Source of the DNA: Lingula anatina
Taxonomy: Eukaryota > Animalia > Brachiopoda
Assembly (NCBI GenBank): GCA_051362555.1
Contig: CM120642.1
Span: forward strand, 7,254,001 to 7,318,000
DNA length: 64,000 bases
Reading direction: 5' to 3'
Under the pieces are notes generated by a model. That model did not search any database. It was not told the origin of the DNA and saw nothing but the letters and a program-made list of their open reading frames with translations. Made by a program: the position numbers and the translations under genes. Of the stretch, positions 1-14,815 are shown piece after piece; the stretch's first letter is position 1, and each line of letters starts with the position of its first letter.

Positions 1-477
1 ACAAAAAGCAGTCTGGTAGAGGTTACTGGTTATATATTTGAGGAGAATGTCAGTAACAACCAAGTGTAACCTTGTAACTTAACTCAGGCAAAACAAAGAC
101 AGACAGACATACTATCAGCATGCAGAAAAGCTGCGCACACACTTACACACACACTTAAAAAAAAACAAAGTACACACACATACTAACTCCCTTTAATTGT
201 AGCACACATACACCTTTGAAGGCATGACACATACATGAATTACCTTGCTTATTTCATATATATACATATGTATACCATATAAGTACATACATAAAATAAA
301 CAACATACTTTGAATCTCATTCTGTCATGTCTATACAGGGGTGGATCCATATATATTTTCTGACAGTCTTTCAAATTATCTTAATTGATCCATCCTCCAT
401 TTTTGACCATCTCCCAACAGAAAAAGTTAGATATGTAAACTTGAAAATCTGACTGTCTTCCAGAAGACCTAGGGTGC

Positions 478-690
478 TTTCCCAGAGATTTAGATCGATC
501 TAAAGATTAAGATTTAGATCGACCTCACTCCCTGGGGGTTCACGCTTAATTGCAGTCAGCCGAGCGGGCACCATAGTTAATTACCCCCTTACAGCTTTTA
601 GTAGGCGGGACAGACGCTTAAGCCGGCCAAGCTGACAGTAATCTAGTGAGACTCCCTACAGGGATAGATCGATCTAAAAATCTATGGAAA
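478..690. mobile_element. Short MITE-like element with imperfect terminal inverted repeats
   Basis: TTTCCCAGAGATTTAGATCGATCT at the left versus AGATCGATCTAAAAATCTATGGAAA at the right; the interior is richer in CpG than the flanks. Confidence 0.5.
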
Positions 691-3599
691 TGGGGTGCTA
701 GAAGACGGCCTCAATCTGCCCCTGTCTATTCCTCAACTGAATGCTTGATCCACCAAAACATGGTAATTTTAACAAGCCCAACTTGAATGTTGTATGCCCT
801 CATATACACGCGCACACAAACATGCCCATATACTCACATACATACACATGGGCGAAAGTTATAAAAACTAAAAAATCCTGAAAATCTAGCTTGCAACTTC
901 TCATTGCATTTAGACCATATTAAAAAATGATCAAAATAAAGACTGATTACCTAAAATCAGGCATAATTCTGAAAACTTTCAACCAAGCATATATGTAAAC
1001 ACTGAACACACACAGACACAAACAAACTAACATATATGTCAGACATCTGCCACAAACTTCGCCTCACCTGTTAAAGTGTAGTATTACCAAGTGCAGCTGA
1101 CACCTTGATACACATTTTTATGTACAACAACAACAACAACATCAACAACAACTATGACAGCACACACTGTATTGCATGTCCCTCTGTGCTTACTGACCAC
1201 AGTGTACTGACCACAATATGTTGTCCACTGCGAACTGACCGCAGCGTAACTCAATCCACAGACACAATGAGACAGGGCAGTCAAGTCTGACGCTCCCCTC
1301 ACAATATCAACACAAAAAGAAATTCAAGGATCACTTGAAATGCCAGGTCTTTAGGTAGGGAATCACCTTTTGAGCTGCGTTCACTCAGCAAAAATAAAAT
1401 GGGTCCTGAAATGTGCCATCTAATGTTGTTTAATGGAGTATTTTAGATTTTATTGAAAAGGAATCAAGCAGTTACCAGCCCAGCAAGAGGCTACCTGTTT
1501 GCATGTGATGAGGTCTAGCTGTGCTGTAGCAGGTTGACTACCACAGTGTAATAAAATCATCTAAGCCATCAGTTTTGTATTTTCCTGTTTGAATACTCCC
1601 CAGTTCAAAATATTTTTACTATATAGCTCTAGGTATCCATAGAGGTAAAATTTCTTACTACCAACAGTTCAAACTACCGTTTAACAATAACTAGCTTTTT
1701 TCTATTCTGAATTTTATCATTTTAAGTAAGGTAAGTATCACTGAGATACAGTGACAGATTAATATTCTATAATTCCTATATATCAAATTCACTGGGCTGT
1801 TCCTAGTCTACCTCACACATTAAGTTCTATACTATTTTCAGTTATTACACACTTACACCTACCTCCTGGTGCATGACTACTTACTCTTTTTTTTCTGTGC
1901 CAAACTTAAATGAGAATATCAACTCAAAATATAAAAACAATTATGTGTAGCTGCAGAGTGGATAAACAGTTCCCATCTCCCTGTTCAACCAGTTAACTCA
2001 CCCAATAACTGCTGGCTTTTTTAATAAGATCCGCTGAAGATTACAGACAAATTTAAATATTGTTTCTGTGAATGCTTTATATATACAAATGTTAAGCTTG
2101 CCATTGCCAATTTGGGCAGAAGCAGCTGCCTTAGTATCATTGACAGCTGCCATGTCTTGCTTGATCAGTTGTTAGTTTTATTGAAAAATACTCGATATTT
2201 TCAATGCACCTGCTTATCATTTTACTTCACAGGGAGCAGATGGGGACTTTTTTCAGCAGCCCTTCAACTTAAGATCAAAACAAATATTTACTTTTGGATT
2301 TTATCTGTACCTATAAATTTTCAAATAACCAAGATATTTCTTTGTCAATATGTGAAGAATCAATATTTGGTTTTGCAATTATTGTCAGATTTATTATAAC
2401 GTCTTTCAATGTAGTCCAAATGCATATCTGCTTAAAATAATTCATCAAATGTTTATCTAATAAAAGCATATTTCTTCCTTTTTTATTTTCTTTCTTGTAT
2501 AAGAGTCAAAGAAATTAAATGTCCATAGCTTAACTTGATATAATACTTTTTGCATCAGTTCCCAAATTTTAGGTACCTATAATCAATGTCCATGTTTTGA
2601 GAGATTTTTAACCTGTTTAAAACATTTCTCAAAGCAACTTGTAGAATGTTGAACCTTCTCTCAACATTTTTAAAATTCAGTAATGTTCAACTATCTTCCC
2701 TCATCCCAAATGACAGTTCAGTTTTAAATTCCATCGGGCCATTTTATTATGCCATCTCCAGCAAAATATGAATAAAAACCATTTGTTTTTGTTTATCATT
2801 ATCAGAGAAGCAATCCCTGTCAATCAAAGACCCACAAATGACTAACAGTGGTCAATTTTCATGATGCTATCTTCATCACGGAATAAACAGAAGGATTGTC
2901 TCATTCATGCCATGCAAGAATTTCATGCCGATTGAAATCAAATCAAGTTTTAAATTCCTGTAGCAATTTTAGATGATTATAACCTAGACAAAGGATGGAG
3001 GGTCCGTTAATGTTGTTTTCTGTTATTTCAAAATAATTATGGTCGTTAATTATGGAAAGGTTTAGGGGAAACAGACATGCTATCTCTTCTGCACATTATA
3101 TATGCAGAATACCTCAAAAACAATGATAAAAATAACTAGTGATTTAATAACCCTATTTTATCTTTTACAAAAATGGCTTTTTTATATTTCATTCACTTTA
3201 TTCACTTATATTCCATTACTTTTCCAACATTTGGCCATATAATTACTTAAAATCTCTCCCAAAAAAATAACTGATAAAAATGAAATTAAAACTTAAAACT
3301 ACATCTCATTATACTGATGTTGTTTCAGCTGATACAATGGTAAACAATACAAAAGTACAAAACACCTCATTTTCTCCTTTAACTTGAAATTCTCTACAGC
3401 TCTACTAAATGGCTCGGTACTTAGATTACAAGTTCTCATTATATTTTTTGTTCATACGCCTCTTTTTCTACTGAACTGGAATTTCTTTCTGGGGCCCACA
3501 CAGCATCATAAGGCACCTGGCTCTACAATATCATTTACACATGTACTAAAACCTCAGCTCACATCACCCTACTACAGTAGAAAACATACAAATTCACGA

Positions 3600-3875
3600 G
3601 CTCCTGGGAACTATTATACAAATATTACCATTAGCCTATTAATTGGTCTTAACTTTGAGAGCAAAATTTCAGATGACTTTGACCCAAGATAAATCAGTAG
3701 TAGTCCAATAAATGAAATTTTGTGGCAGACTGATAATAAGAGAGACAGATAACATGTCAGACCAATATTTGCTTTATTCTCGATGGATTTATCTTGAATT
3801 GATGTAAACTAAAATATTTGGTCCAAAAGTTTAGACCTATTTCTAGGCTAAAGTTCTCTTGTGAAACTGACCCCA
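3600..3875 (+). repeat. Old dispersed (MITE-like) repeat copy
   Basis: 3641-3720 (AATTGGTCTTAACTTTGAGAGCAAAATTTCAG...TTTGACCCAAG...AGTCCAATAAATGA) aligns with the reverse complement of about 18263-18340; ends in GTGAAACTGACCCC. Confidence 0.55.
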
Positions 3876-4907
3876 TGCAATGTTATTGTCTACTGTATTG
3901 ATATGTACTGACCCCCCCCCCTCCACAACATAATCCAAATGCAGTGTAGAAAAATAGTACCTCTAGTTCCTACACTTAAGACTTTGCACATGAACTTAAA
4001 AAACTTCACAAAATTTATTGCTGTCTTTTAAAAGAAAGTTCTTTCAAGGTCATCAAAACTAAACAATGGCAGTAATAGTAACTAAAAGTAGGCATAATGA
4101 CGAACAGAAAGTTGACATTCATGAAGACAAATCTAGCTTATGCAGCATCCCAATAAAAAGTCACATAGGCAAATTATTAGTAATGGGTAATAATGTCACA
4201 ATGTATTAATCAGTTATACATGTTAGATAGTTATTATATTATTACTAAATATTGCACTTATTATTTTCATACATGGAAAAAAGAATAATAAAAAATAAAA
4301 ACACAGATATACAACAAAGAAAACAAGTCCTCCTCCCCTTACAAAGGCACCTGTTACTATATCTCTTAACACAAGTTGTATAAACAATGTGGCAGTTATG
4401 TTTTTTATAGGCCTCATTTTTTCTAATCCAACCTGGGGCACCTGCCTGTGTCAATAACATGCCAGGGTATGATATACAACTTTGGAGTAACATGCTACCA
4501 TGCTACTAGCATTTTCACTTCTGCCAAAGGAACAAGGTTATGTCTTCACATCAGCATTGGTTTTGTCCCTTTGTTTATTGGACAAGATATCTCAAAAACT
4601 TTCTGAAGTCTTGGGTTGTCTGTTTAACATTCTAAAGAACTGCTTTTCCAAAGGCATACCATAAAATTCTCTCTAATGAAATCATAAATATGGTGTAGGA
4701 CATGCATTGATTGCACTATTCAAAACAGGGGCAGTGCACTTTTTTTGTTTTGCAGTGGATGAGATACTAACTGCATCACACTGTGCTAGCTAAGATACTG
4801 AGCATCATTATGCTTAGATATATTATACCACATTGTGCTAGTTGAGGTGGTTAATGTGTATCACTGTGCTAGCTAGACAACGAAAGAAAGTTCAAATCTG
4901 ACTCCCG

Positions 4908-4910
<3 letters not shown>

Positions 4911-4966
<56 letters not shown>
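4911..4966. repeat. poly(T) tract
   Basis: About 56 consecutive T. Confidence 0.95.
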
Positions 4967-4967
<1 letters not shown>

Positions 4968-5384
4968 TGGCGATATAAAATTTTTATAGAAACACTAACC
5001 TAAGAAAAACTAGAGGATCAGAGAGGCGATACCGCCTCTGGATATTGTACCACCAGCTGGAGTAAGCGCATTCGTATGGACCCCCCCCCCCCCCAAAAAA
5101 AAAAAAAAAAAAAAAAAAAAATGGACACCACCACCAGTCTTGTGCTTGACAAGCTCTATAAAATGCAATAAACAAGAGTTCTCAAAATATGAAAAAAAAA
5201 AAAAAAAAAAACATAACAGTTAAAATGGTCCAATCAAGGAGATGTCCTAATTAACCTGTATTTTCCTAACACTGATCACTCCTGTGATTTTCTAGACAAA
5301 AGGCCTATTGGTTTTCCTTGAAATGCATTATCAGTAATGCATATACCGGAATGCTGACAAAAGAGAAAACCTAGGGACAACACT

Positions 5385-5982
5385 GGGCAGATCTCTGCTA
5401 GTTTTGAAGATATGAAGGGCAAGAAAATATGCAGAGTTCAGTTTGAGGTAAAAAGTAGGTCATTGGTCAATTTCAAGGTTACAGTATATGACTTCCTATA
5501 AAAGTTTAATAGTAGCTATGGGCATTTCTTTGCCAATGTTGGAGATATGAAGGCCAGGAAACATGCAAAGTGCAGTTCATCATAAATAATAGGTCAAAGG
5601 TCAATTTCAAGGTCACAGTAAGATTGCCAGTACATGACTTCCTATTCAAGTTCAATAGTAACTTTGGACCTATCTCTGCCAGTTTTCGAGATATAAGGGA
5701 TAGAAAATTTGCAAAGTTCAGTTCATGGTGAAAAGTAAGTCAAAGGTCAATTTAAAGGTCACAGTTAGATTACCAGTATATAACTTCCTATTAAAGTTCA
5801 ATAGTAACTATGGGTGTATCTCTGCCAGTTTTGGATATATAAGGGCTAGAAAATTTGCAAAGTTCAGTTCATGGTGAAAAGTAGGTCAAAGGTCAATTTA
5901 AAGGTCACAGTTAGATTACTTGTATATAACTTCCTATTCAAGTTCAATAGTAACTATGGGCGTATCTCTGCCAGTTTTGGAA
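5385..5982 (-). repeat. Internal tandem array, about 4 x 146 bp
   Basis: An AATAGTAACTATGGG-like motif recurs at about 5508, 5654, 5800 and 5946. Confidence 0.9.
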
Positions 5983-6671
5983 TGTTTAACATTTTCCCCA
6001 CTGAATATTGCGATGTTGTAATTTTTGATATAGCGCAATGCCTAAACCATATCGAAAACAAAAAAATGGACACCACCTCCAGTATTGCACTTGACAAGTT
6101 CTACAAAGTGCGATGAACAAAAGGTCTCTGGCATTTACCATTCCAGAATAAAGGCAAGTTTTCAGTTTCGGTATCTAATGGCTGCTTCTCCCGTGGAAAT
6201 GCACCGATTGACCCCAAACTCCCAAAGATGAAAGGAGTCCCCAATTGTAACCCCTCACTGTAACAGGAGAGCTTAGATCTGTGTAGTTTCCAAAAAATAG
6301 CACAAACAAATATTTTTTTGCAGAAAATTCCCATTTTTAGAAAATTTTGGCTTGTTTGACCTTGAAAAAAAGGTCAAAAGTCATATCAAAGGGCATATTT
6401 GGAATCTCCACATATGACTTTCGGTCAGACTTCTGTAGTAATTTTTCCCATAATTCCTTTGGTTTGGGAGATATTTAGCCTTGAATTTTCAAAAATTTTG
6501 ACAAGGGTGCGTTTCAACAAGTGTCACGCCCAGGCCAATGCACCGACAGAGACAAAAAAACCAGGGTGCTCAAGTTGAGATTATATGTGACCTAAATCCA
6601 AGAGATGGGGACACAGGTCCTGGCGGTCTAGGAGGAGAAGCGGTAACGGTGACTTGTTTCCGGCGCCCGAC

Positions 6672-6752
6672 TGCGGAGCTGCAGGAGCCGGCGGAGCCGC
6701 AGGAGCCGGCAGAGCCGCAGGAGCCGGCAGAGCCGGCGGAGCCGGCGGAGCT
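6672..6752 (+). repeat. GC-rich 9/18-bp minisatellite inside the element
   Basis: (GCAGGAGCC GGCGGAGCC)n; a shorter inverted counterpart lies at about 28773-28830. Confidence 0.85.
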
Positions 6753-9700
6753 GTACGAGACGGGTCGGGACTAAAACCATGAGTACCGCCAGCGTATACG
6801 CTGGTGGTACTAATTATGATGGTAAGTACAATCTAAATAAGCATTAGCTTTTTTTTTTTTTTGCACACAAACCCCAAAATTCAATCCTCTAAAAAGACTA
6901 CTTTCAGTTATGGCAAGTATCCATACTTCACAGCTACAGTATTCCCTGTCATGTTTTTATTTACTGTTTGTCTGAGGCCTCAAAGGAGATAAACCTGGCT
7001 GCACTTCAAATAGCAAATAAAAAACATCTTGATCTTTAACCTGATGTTTGTGATCAAAAGCAACATAATCTTTTTGAGTTCTTTTCAGTTTATCCACATA
7101 AACAAACCAACAAATATTGACAAACAAAATACCAAGAAAATCTATTCCAAAGAATACAGATAAGCAAGCAAACAATTTAAAACTAATTACTGTGATAAGT
7201 GACTTACTTCATAACATGTCATCTCAAACACAACAGAGGCTGATCCACATTGAAAACCAGTCAACAGACAAAATTTGTTGGCATGAACTCAGACCTAAGA
7301 TATGAAAAATTACTTCAAATGTGTAAGCTAAAATAATTGGACACAATTTTTGTTTGGGGCCAGTAGATTTTCCCCAAGACTTAAAACATAGGCCTAAAAA
7401 TAGATTTGGAACAGATTTGCTATTGGTTAAGTTCATTATTCTCAGCAATCATGACAAAAATTGCCAAGATGCTAGTACTTTATGTCAAGCTTGCCCTACC
7501 TGTAAAACACTGCTCCTTGTGGAACTAGTACCTTGTCATCCTGGTAGTATAAAGCCACTCTCTTCTCACAAATACTGGAAATAAAACCAGGAAATACCAA
7601 GTTAAAATATTCAGACTGACATCATTTCTAAAGCATTGCAGTGCCAAATTACAGATTTTTTTCAAAAAAAAAAAAAAAATGGGGGAAAATGGCAGCACTG
7701 GGGAAAATAAATATTTCATTCAAAATATGACAGGAAACATAATTTATCAAAATCATGCACCTCATCTATTCAAGAAGTTCAGTTCATTTAAAATTTGAAT
7801 AGCTTAAGAAAGATAAAATGACAGACCCCTGTAATCAGTCACATGATTACATGTCTAATTAGGAGGAATGTTATATCCTTCTTTCATCTTATTTCCTCTT
7901 AAGATAGTCAGCACTATGGTAATTATTTACACATTCCGAACACCTAAGATTTTGCAATATTTTATTTTATGATTTAGCCTTTTTAACCTTGCATAAGTAG
8001 TAAACTGATTTGAAAAGCATCAGAGACAGCAAAGTCAAAATCTAAGAAGCTAAGTAAATGACATGTGCTACAATGCATGCATAAATGCTACTACAAATGC
8101 ATAAAGCATGTATATATGCAGAAATGCAGCCACCACAATGCAAAAGTCTGCAAATGTGAGGTGCATGCAACTCTCTGTCAGTGCTTTGGGGGTTGAACTT
8201 ATCAAACTCCGGAATATTTTTCATGCAGGGCAAGTTTTCCTAACCTTTTGCAATGTAACTATTTTTCATTTCCCACCCATTTGCATCACGTACATTCTTA
8301 CATCTTGTTTCCCACCAACAGGAACTTCCTCAAATTTTGACATCTTGTACTGACACTAATTTGAACAAACTTCCAAATACATTTAACTATGTAATTTGAT
8401 GAAATGTTTAAAACAATGTATTCAAATTAAAGTTTCTTTCTATAAGCTAATTAATCCTTCATTCTTCATCAGATGATGCTGATAATTAACAAATAGCAAG
8501 TAACTACATAAATTAATGTAATTAAAAGGTCTTGATTTGTTTTTTGTTTTGTTTTGTTTTTCCTTTTTTCTTTTAATAAATGTCCCTGGTGTACGCGAGG
8601 TCAGACCCTATGTTAACATTGTTATGAGGATTTCCTGGGCTTTATAATACAGCAATTGATTTAAGTTGTTGTTGTTTTAATCTTTTTTATTTTTAATTGG
8701 ACAAAAGTAGGAAACACTGTGAAACATTATGAACAAAAATTATATATTTGGCAGGAATGGAGATGTTAATCATTTTTTCAAACCTAAAAAAAATGAAAAT
8801 CTATTGAAAAGGCATTCCAGAAATTTCTAACGTGGAAGGCACACTGCTCTTTAAAAGTACTTCTGGGCTGGTTTATGTGGCCCACATTAAAAAATGCTGA
8901 TATTTGAGGAAGATCATAATTATGAATCATTTTCAACTGAGGCACAGTCTTCATGAAAAAAAAAACATTTTCCAGAGACCATATCTCAGTCATCTTCAAT
9001 ACACTACTCCAACTCTTCCTTTTCACCTCATCCTTTTATATATATATATATATTTTTTATTTATTTATTCATTTATTTATCTATAACAGTCGAGAGATTG
9101 ACAATTACTTAATAGCATGGCTATTGCATCAGAGTCACCTAAACAGAGTCACCACACTCATCATGATTGATATATAAGGGGTCTTATGAAAGGGAGTTAC
9201 CTCCTCCCCCCCTCCCTAATTGAATTAAATATAGAACCAATCAACTGGAATGAGACAGGAAACTTTATAACTCAATGTGAAATGGGCCATAGACTTTTTA
9301 ATGGTTCAAATTCATTGACACCAAGCACATTTTCATGAGAAACTCTGATCAACAGTCACAGAGATGTCTCTCAAGCATTGTAAAAGAAACCCTGATTTAA
9401 GAGGAGAGTAAATATAAACAACAGATTAGAAGTTGCCGCATGGTACAACCTAGATCATGTTACACCTTTAAATCTAGGGCCAGTTTCACAAAAAAAAAAG
9501 CAAACATTGGTGTTAATTTTAAGTTAAGGACCGAATTGTTTTTGCTGACTGTCTCCCAAGGCAAATCCATAGTAGTATAGTTAATAAAATGCTGTCCGTT
9601 TAATTAATATGCCTGATATTTTAGACCAACTGAAAGGGATTTAATGTTAAGTCCAACTTATATGTGAAGACCAACCTTTGGTCTAATATATGATCATGTG

Positions 9701-12443
9701 TGAAGCCGCCTCAGCAGTGGAGGCATTCAGACACACACACTGTCCCACCTTGCCTCCTGCAATGTAGTCAAAAGTTCAAAGGCAAATTCCACACAACAGA
9801 TTTTCAACACAATATTTTCACATTTAGTAAGTCACTTTATTGTACAAAATAATGCATTGCAGAAATGATGATTATGTATAATAGGAATAGACATTTATTT
9901 AAAAAAAAATAAGTATAGCAACAGACAAGTACAGGCTATGCTAAACTTTAAAAGTTAACACTATGAATTTAAATAGCATCATTTCTGCATCTCTGTTCTT
10001 GAAATATCACATCCATTCTCAGCAGTAACAAGTTTAAGGATCACTTAAAACTTTTGTTCACCATACTAATTTAAGATAAGATGCAACATACATTATGTTG
10101 TTTTTCTTTCAAAAGTTAAGTTCAACCAAGCTCAAAGTCAGAAATACAAATATTCATGAAATATAACTAAAGAAATGTATTTTAAAAACAAAACTTCTTA
10201 ACAAATCTTTCTAATGAAAGCTGAATTGACAAAAAAAAGTCATATACTAATGAAAAGGGTGTAAGATAATTAAAAGAGACCCCCCCCCCCCCCCCCCGTA
10301 ATGATCCTAAAAAGTTCTAAAAAGTACCACTTACAAAACCATTAAGTAGCTGTGATTAAATAAATTTTGATTCCCACGACATTAAAAACATCACAATACC
10401 ACCCAGCTCAATCAATGATTTAGCAGCAAACACTACCTTTATGCAATTCAACAAAATTTTAATGAGACCTCCTACCAATCCCTTAGATCCCTTAACTACC
10501 AACAGCAAACATTTGTTGGAGTATTTCTAAGTGATTTTAGACCAATTTAACTAGCCAGTTAACCACCTCATTTCTCTTAGCACCAAGGGTAAACACCAGA
10601 TAATGAACCATCAACATTTGTCCCTCTAATTTCTTCAAACATTTCATCAGCCAGAACAAACCAAGGGGTAATGAGACCAATAGAAAGCTCTTGTATAACA
10701 TTACATATCAAGTCAACTAGATTCAACATACCTGCCTTGTTTATATACACTAGGTTAACAATCTTGTCAATAACTACTAAGATTCATTTTGAGGAACCGG
10801 GACACAAAAGGATTGAACATTTTGTAGAGGGCTGACTGATCCTTGTTGCAGCTGAGAGAAGAATTTAACAAACAGATCTCAAATTTAAAACATAAATAAA
10901 TCTAAAGAGGTAACAATGAAAGTTTGGTCTGTCTACAGGATACAGTAATTATTGTCAATACATACCTGATTGAATGAAAACATTGACTCTCTGCTTTGAC
11001 AACTGTCTTAACCCAGGACTTCCAAACCAAAAACTGGCCAAACATTTTTTAAAAACTGAATAAAAAAACTCATATACTAGTACTTCATCCTAAACTATCA
11101 TTTAATCTTTTTTTTATCTTTTCATTATTAAGCATTGTACCTGTTTGGATGTTAATTCATTATGCTTTTGAGTGCTTAATCTCCACTTTTCTCAATCTTG
11201 AGCAATTTAAAATTCCTCTCCTGTCCTTAGACCAAACCATTTTGTTTGTTTGTTAGTTTGTTTTTTGAGTGATATGCTTATGTTAAAAATAAAACAATCA
11301 CTGCTCTTTGACATGTCAAAATAATTAAAAACTAAGGTGGTAACCCTACAGAATCAACTTTTAAAACCAAGTCTCTGACAAATTCACAATTCTATCTTGA
11401 CCGTCCCTGACCTAATGGATTCATTTAGATGGTTGGTTGCATTAGCTCATGCAGAGACCTTAATAAAGATCCCATCTCTTTTGTGGTAACAGGCTGTGCT
11501 CTTGGCCCATAGCTGTCAATCAAGCTGATAGCTGCCACACATAGTTAAGCTGAGAGACTGTCAATGGGTTATCTGATCAGAATCTTAAGACAATGTGACA
11601 AGCCTAATAATCATCAAAATTGCCACCACAGTGATATGGAGGAGGCCACTACTCAACTTTTTTCTCCAACTTAAATCTTAAACGTAAACCAGATGACCCT
11701 GTTTTTTAGAGAGATATAAATTTGCACATTCTAACAAGTTTAAGCACCCGCAACAAAAGTAGTCTTGGATTGCCAAATATTAGGAAATTAAGATGAAGAT
11801 TAGGAGTTAATCTACCACATATAGACCTTTCACAAAATCTTGCAATGATGCCTCTTAATTTATTTTCGAAAGTGTTTTGTTATTTGTGTTTCAATTTCTA
11901 CAGACTGTAATGTCTGAAGATAAGCCAGTACTAGATCATTAGTTCAAATGAACCAAGCAACTTTACAAAAGGATATGATTGATTTGAAATTAGTGTTTGA
12001 GGGCATTTTGAATAAATTCAAAACTGTATTTAGCTTCATTGCCCTTTATCATCCACTTACAAAGTGAAATCCTTTGATCTTAATTCATCAGCTTCTTTGC
12101 GAGGGATCTTTACATTCAAGTTCCCCAGTATCTAGGCATTTTAACAAATCTGAACCAAAGAGACTGATCGGGATCAATAAGTTCGGAAACATCTAAAACT
12201 TGAACATTTTTGTGGTGGGTAGCATGAAAGTGATGCATGAACCACAAATATGTTACTCAATCAATACCTGCTGATGAGAGTCAGAAGTCCTTCGTGACTT
12301 ATCGAGAATAACTCACATCTGAGGCCTTTTTCTCTAGTTATATTTTTTGCTTCTGTTATTTAAATGAATCAGAGTGCAACATTATAAACAAAAGTTTTGC
12401 TAAATGCTTTTTATGTCTATAATATTCTATCAGCTGTAGAAAT

Positions 12444-12446
<3 letters not shown>

Positions 12447-12498
<52 letters not shown>
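12447..12498. repeat. (CT)n microsatellite
   Basis: Directly visible. Confidence 0.95.
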
Positions 12499-12501
<3 letters not shown>

Positions 12502-14766
12502 ACCCTACATTTCTCCCTTCCCCTCCTTTTTTCTCTCCACTCTCTCTCTCTTTTTCTCGGTATTCTGTCTATCTCTTTTCTCCCTTCTTCTTTCTAGAAC
12601 TTTTCTTCATACACATAATATACACATAACCTTGCCCTTCCTCACATAAATATCCTGTACTCTGCTCAATTTGAACCGCAGGTGGTTGAACCTGTGTGGC
12701 AATTAAAGCCATGTGCAAGAAGTGTGTTCGCGTTTACGTTAAGTGACATCATAAAGCACCCTCAGAGAAAATTTACAACTTGGGGGCAATGTAGTGTAAA
12801 CAGGGGCATATATTAGTTGGGACTATGTTTCTGCCTCACAGAAAATCTTGTCTTGAAGTATTTTCTAGTTTCTTTCATGTTTAACCTGCAGGAAATTGTG
12901 CAGAAAATATAATGGACTCGTGCTTGGTTGATAAAATGTGATTTTTTTTTTCCCAAAATAATCCCTGGTTTAGTTCTCATTCCTGCTCTTTTTTAAGTGA
13001 TTAAAGATGTCTTATCTGAAAACGAGTTCAACTTGACACCAATTTTATAAGTAAAAACTTATGTCAGTACAATAATTGAATATATTTTCTGAAACAAACG
13101 TCATAAACATAAACATAAACAACGTATACACTGTAATTAATAATCTTAAACACTGTATTAGTAGTAATCCATAGTGATGTATAACTATTTATTTATTTAT
13201 ATATTTGTAGTATAGAGGGCTAACAAATGTAACTGCCACATTCAATGCTCGAATAAATTATTATTATTATATCTCCATTACATGGTGCTCATTGCTTACG
13301 CCATTGTCACTCTCCTTTTTTTCAACTCCCAGCTTGCACCTCTAAATCTACACTACACATATTCTCATCATGCTGTAGGAGAAATGCACCCATCAACCTT
13401 TCCCTGGCCAGGTACATTAATCACAATGATCAGGTGTTATGAATGTACCATTTAGTTCTGACAAGCATCTTACATATGAAATACTAGTAAATAGTTTACC
13501 TGCTGTCTACTGGGCCAAGTCTTTGCTTTTAAAAGCCAATAAGCTGGGTGCAGTCATAAAATAGTAGAAAGTTTGCAAATATAGTCTTTAGTTTTCTTCG
13601 GCTCTTTTATAAGTGTAGTCTATAATAAATCACTTAAAGCAATGACAGAGGTTTAAAAATCCTAGCCTTGAGCCTAAATTACATCTAAATGCTATCTTTA
13701 CATTACAATATGGATGGCTAAGCAAGTCTGAGAAATGACAACCACAATATTCAATAACTTTCCAACCACTGCTTGTACGTCTTTGTACCCAAACACCGCT
13801 TCTGACAGTGCAAACAACTAGACTACATATAACAACAAACTCTCAGCTAGACAACACATACCCAAAGGAATGCACGAAAGAGCACGAGGTCATGCAGGTC
13901 AGGGGAACAAAGGAGGACCCACAAAGCATGCTGCTTTATTGTGCCTGACCTGTGCTTTAAGAACCCCAGGGACTGATCGAGCAAAAATCAGCAGATCATT
14001 GTCACAGAAAGGGCTGTCACAGGTCGTGGGGCCGGAGTGCCTTGTGTCAACACAAAGGCAGTTAGTACCTTTAAATGGAAAATGTGACAATTCCACTTTT
14101 TTTTTTGAGGGGTAGTATAGGCAAGAAGAAAGATGGAAACCTTTTTCAAGCTTTTTTTGCCTTGGTTCCAATACATATTCTTAAATTATAGGAGACTTAG
14201 CATTACTTCTGCAAGCAGAAATAGTTTTTTAAATTAGGAACATAAACTTATTCAACTATAAATATCTGGGGCCCAACAAAGTGTGTATCATTTGCATAAT
14301 TTTGGAGTCTTCAAGAATGATAAATATAAAACAATCACTATTGGAAGTTGGAACAACTGAAACTCACCCCAACCCCCACCACCCAACCCCTTTCCTTCTC
14401 AATCCCAACGAAAAGCATGCTACCATATTTGTCAAATAATATGTACAAAAACATAATTAGCTAGAAAGTAATAAATATTCATATCACCCTTTCACATTCC
14501 TAAATTCCCTTACAAAGATCACTTTTAAGTTTTTGTCAAATAACTACAGCAGATGCTGAAAAACTTCTCTAAGGACACACGCGTCTGTGTTTGATAAGAT
14601 TATTTATCCTGATTATGTTTTAGCCTGGTTCAAACAAGAATTCAATCTGCCAGTTTTTACCATAACAAGTAGCTAACATGCGATTAAGTCAATGTACATG
14701 TTATTCTACAACAATTTGTTGTACAAGGTGTCAAATCATAAGTAGCCACTTCATAAGACAATCTCA

Positions 14767-14768
<2 letters not shown>

Positions 14769-14813
<45 letters not shown>
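14769..14813. repeat. (GT)n microsatellite
   Basis: Directly visible. Confidence 0.95.

Positions 14814-14815
<2 letters not shown>

Larger units (their letters stand above)
5006..6814 (-). mobile_element. Non-autonomous Helentron/HINE-like element, copy 1
   Basis: Reverse-complement homologue of 28712-31306. It has the 5' palindrome GTACCACCAGCGTATACGCTGGCGGTAC, the 3' subTIR, a GAGGCG-GTAT-CGCCTC hairpin, CTAG plus a T run at the end, and about 4 internal 146-bp units. Confidence 0.8.

Noticed and set aside
1068-1302. Coding exon on the minus strand ending at the 1068 donor
   Set aside because: The ATG-initiated frames I checked hit stop codons before the donor, so it is at most a non-coding exon.
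6538-6774. ORF with (AEPQEP)n repeats and its counterparts at 28703-28961
   Set aside because: These are translations of the GC minisatellite inside the non-autonomous element, with no transposase or helicase motifs.
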